From positions 35,990-99,989 of the forward strand of contig CAVPCQ010000028.1 in assembly GCA_963702425.1 (NCBI GenBank): DNA of 64,000 nucleotides, written 5' to 3'. A program made the translations under genes and the position numbers. The notes under the pieces were generated by a model. It ran no database searches. It was not told the DNA's origin and saw only the letters and a program-made list of their open reading frames with translations. Position 1 is the first letter of the stretch, and each line of letters begins with the position of its first letter. Shown one piece after another: positions 63,264-64,000 of the stretch. Source of the DNA: an uncultured Acidobacteriota bacterium (lineage in GTDB: Bacteria > Acidobacteriota > Polarisedimenticolia > J045).

Positions 63264-64000
63264 CTACGGCCGGACCGGGGCGTCCGGCGCCGCCGGGCGC
63301 GAGGCCGCGTAGGCCGCGGGCGTCTGGCCGTACTGCTCCCGGAACCTCCGAACGAAGTGCGAGAGGTTCTTGAATCCAACCGCGTAGGCGATCTCCCGAC
63401 ATTGCCGGCGCGCCGGCCCAGCATCTCGGCTGCGCGTTCGAGCCGGAAGCGGATGATCAGCTCGGCGGGGGTCGTTCCCAGCTCCTCGGGGATGCGGCGG
63501 TGAAGCTGGGCCCGGCTCATCCCCAGCCGGGCGGCGAGGGCTGGCACGTCGAAGGCGGGGTCGTGCGACGACTCGCCCAGCACCCGCCGGAGGCGGGCCG
63601 GGAGGGAGTCCTCGGAGGGCGGTTCCGGGAAGCGAAGCGGGCGGCGGCGGGGGCGGCAGTCCGGCCCCCGGCAGCGCGGCGCCCGCCGGCGGCCCGGCGA
63701 GCCGCGCCCGCAGGCGCTCGCGCAGCCGCAGCAGGTTGCGGGCCCGCGCCAGCAGCTCCGCGGGATCGAACGGCTTGGTGAGGTAGTCGTCGGCCCCGCC
63801 CTCGAGAACCTCGAGCCGGTCGGCGGGGTCGGCCTTCGCCGTGAGCAGGATCACCGGGATGAAGTCGGTCTCCGGGTCCGCCTTAAGCGCCCGGCAGAGC
63901 GCGTGGCCGTCGAGGCCCGCCATCATCACGTCGCTCACGACCAGGTCGGGAAGCTCGTCGCGCGCCAGCTCCAGGCCGCGGTCGCCCGCGGAGGACTCGA
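63264..64000 (-). CDS. C-terminal receiver plus AraC HTH of a (probably hybrid) two-component regulator; 5' part outside window, frameshifted
   Basis: PDLVVSDVMM, IPVILLTAK, GADDYLTKPF, LGMSRAQLHRR, IAYAVGFKNLSHF. Confidence 0.88.
   Translation of the reverse strand, partial: ESSAGDRGLELARDELPDLVVSDVMMAGLDGHALCRALKADPETDFIPVILLTAKADPADRLEVLEGGADDYLTKPFDPAELLARARNLLRLRERLRARLAGPPAGAALPGAGLPPPPPPASLPGTALRGLPPGPPPAGAGRVVARPRLRRASPRRPAGDEPGPASPPHPRGAGNDPRRADHPLPARTRSRDAGPARRQCREIAYAVGFKNLSHFVRRFREQYGQTPAAYAASRPAAPDAPVRP

Overview
Very GC-rich bacterial DNA. The gene content (several Hanks-type kinases including a kinase-PD40 protein, FG-GAP giants, WG-tailed S8 proteases) suggests Acidobacteriota, but this is inference only. 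Indels are patchy: 16.5-19.4 kb, 21.2-24.7 kb, 48.6-50 kb and 58.2-60.9 kb are heavily frameshifted, and even lepA is broken many times, so most breaks are probably long-read consensus errors rather than real pseudogenes. In order the window holds: a secreted LTD/PA14/CotH protein (runs off the left edge), a DUF481 barrel, an unassigned six-hairpin glycosidase, aceK-thrC divergent from a PLP trans-sulfuration enzyme, a beta-helix protein, two exported proteins, two tandem S8 proteases with WG-hexapeptide tails, a coupled three-gene unit (small exported protein, giant metzincin/FG-GAP protein, Ser/Thr kinase-TPR), an acyl-CoA-synthetase/kinase-like/GNAT fusion, kinase-PD40, purEK, a czcICBA-like efflux operon, apgM, lsrF plus aldolase/SDR, vapBC, SPFH, DUF418, a membrane kinase, a lower-GC patch with an Rhs-like remnant at the lepA 3' end, lepA, a PliG-like protein, an L,D-transpeptidase and the end of a receiver-AraC regulator. 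Most notable: (1) both S8 genes sit in near-identical non-coding frames (sigma-54 promoter plus signal peptide upstream, 77-bp hairpin element downstream) around divergent interiors; (2) unrelated secreted proteins share a C-terminal domain ending in Cys-X-stop, a candidate lineage-specific sorting signal; (3) the ACS-pseudokinase-GNAT fusion; (4) many genes look leaderless. No tRNA, rRNA, CRISPR array or transposase/integrase was recognised.
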